A DNA stretch of 64,000 nucleotides from Anaeroplasmataceae bacterium (GTDB lineage: Bacteria > Bacillota_I > Bacilli_A > Acholeplasmatales > Anaeroplasmataceae). The position numbers and the translations under genes were made by a program. The first letter of the stretch is position 1. Each line of letters begins with the position of its first letter. A model generated the notes under the pieces. The model saw nothing but the letters and a program-made list of their open reading frames with translations. It was not told the DNA's origin and did not search any database. This document shows, piece by piece, positions 63,949 to 64,000 of this stretch. Location: NCBI GenBank assembly GCA_045127955.1, contig JBGVRA010000062.1, positions 1,428 through 65,427 of the forward strand, read 5' to 3'.

Positions 63949-64000
63949 TTGAATAGTTTTGGTAGATTATTTAGAGTAAGTATTTATGGTGAAAGTCATG
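63949..64000 (+). CDS. aroC: chorismate synthase, N-terminal fragment (runs off the window)
   Basis: '(M)NSFGRLFRVSIYGESH' matches the AroC N-terminus 'FG..FR...GESHG'. TTG start. Confidence 0.75.
   Translation, partial: MNSFGRLFRVSIYGESH

Noticed and set aside
1-64000. Mollicutes-type genetic code (TGA = Trp), suggested by the very low GC, by the in-frame TGA at 52837, and by TGA stops that are followed closely by a second stop (3502-3504, 3642-3644).
   Set aside because: Long conserved genes (PFOR 1192 aa, RHS 1899 aa, TypA, TyrRS) contain no internal TGA and encode Trp with TGG. TGA cleanly terminates tyrA, aroB and others at expected lengths. The standard code 11 fits.
1-64000. CRISPR arrays, rRNA genes, retron/DGR-type elements, group II introns.
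   Set aside because: I found no regularly spaced direct repeats, no rRNA-like conserved stretches and no reverse-transcriptase-like ORF. Intergenic regions are short and are explained by promoters and terminators.

Overview
Low-GC Bacillota-type chromosomal segment. Supporting signs are a T-box leader, a CcpA-like regulator, many lipobox lipoproteins, Shine-Dalgarno sites, and the standard genetic code (TGG for Trp, TGA used as a stop). All calls come from reading the sequence and ORF track by eye; family names are from memory, no searches were run, and hairpin or promoter coordinates are good to about +/-3 nt.

Most of the window is core metabolism and housekeeping:
- ccpA, a Tyr T-box plus tyrS, and cvfB
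- an NfeD/stomatin pair and two further SPFH/flotillin genes
- a minus-strand operon running from a Crp/Fnr regulator to udk
- a tRNA-Asp/tRNA-Arg pair, an M42 peptidase and a pyridoxal-kinase-like gene
- typA, a YfbK-type vWA lipoprotein with an ECF sigma/anti-sigma pair, pepT, csp and dapA
- a large PL1 pectate-lyase lipoprotein and pyruvate:ferredoxin oxidoreductase
- a family-5 solute-binding lipoprotein, a Thg1-like enzyme plus nfo, and a heterodimeric ABC exporter
- a tyrA-aroB-aroA-chorismate mutase-aroE-(DUF1292-like)-aroC operon

Two accessory islets stand out, both visibly more AT-rich and richer in ATA codons than their surroundings.

(1) About 6.4-9.7 kb is a decayed polymorphic-toxin islet. 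It holds an RHS core remnant with an in-frame stop and a frameshift, small membrane proteins, an HNH-like toxin remnant directly followed by a candidate immunity gene, and a truncated IS66 element whose GTAAGCG terminus abuts udk.

(2) About 43.7-53.7 kb is a live RHS locus. A small ArpU/sigma-region-4-like protein and a holin-like membrane protein are translationally packed against a leaderless 1,899-aa RHS toxin. The toxin tip, after a DPSGH cleavage motif, is a glycine-zipper membrane segment plus a DUF6883-like domain, and a DUF4926-like candidate immunity gene follows it. Downstream is an orphan RHS C-terminal cassette that shares a 90-bp recombination handle with the main gene and has its own membrane immunity candidate. 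After that comes an acidic ORF split by a single in-frame TGA.

The regulator + holin-like + leaderless RHS arrangement resembles tcdR/tcdE and uviA/uviB-bcn. No T6SS or T7SS gene is in the window. This is the most interesting candidate for an undescribed export system.
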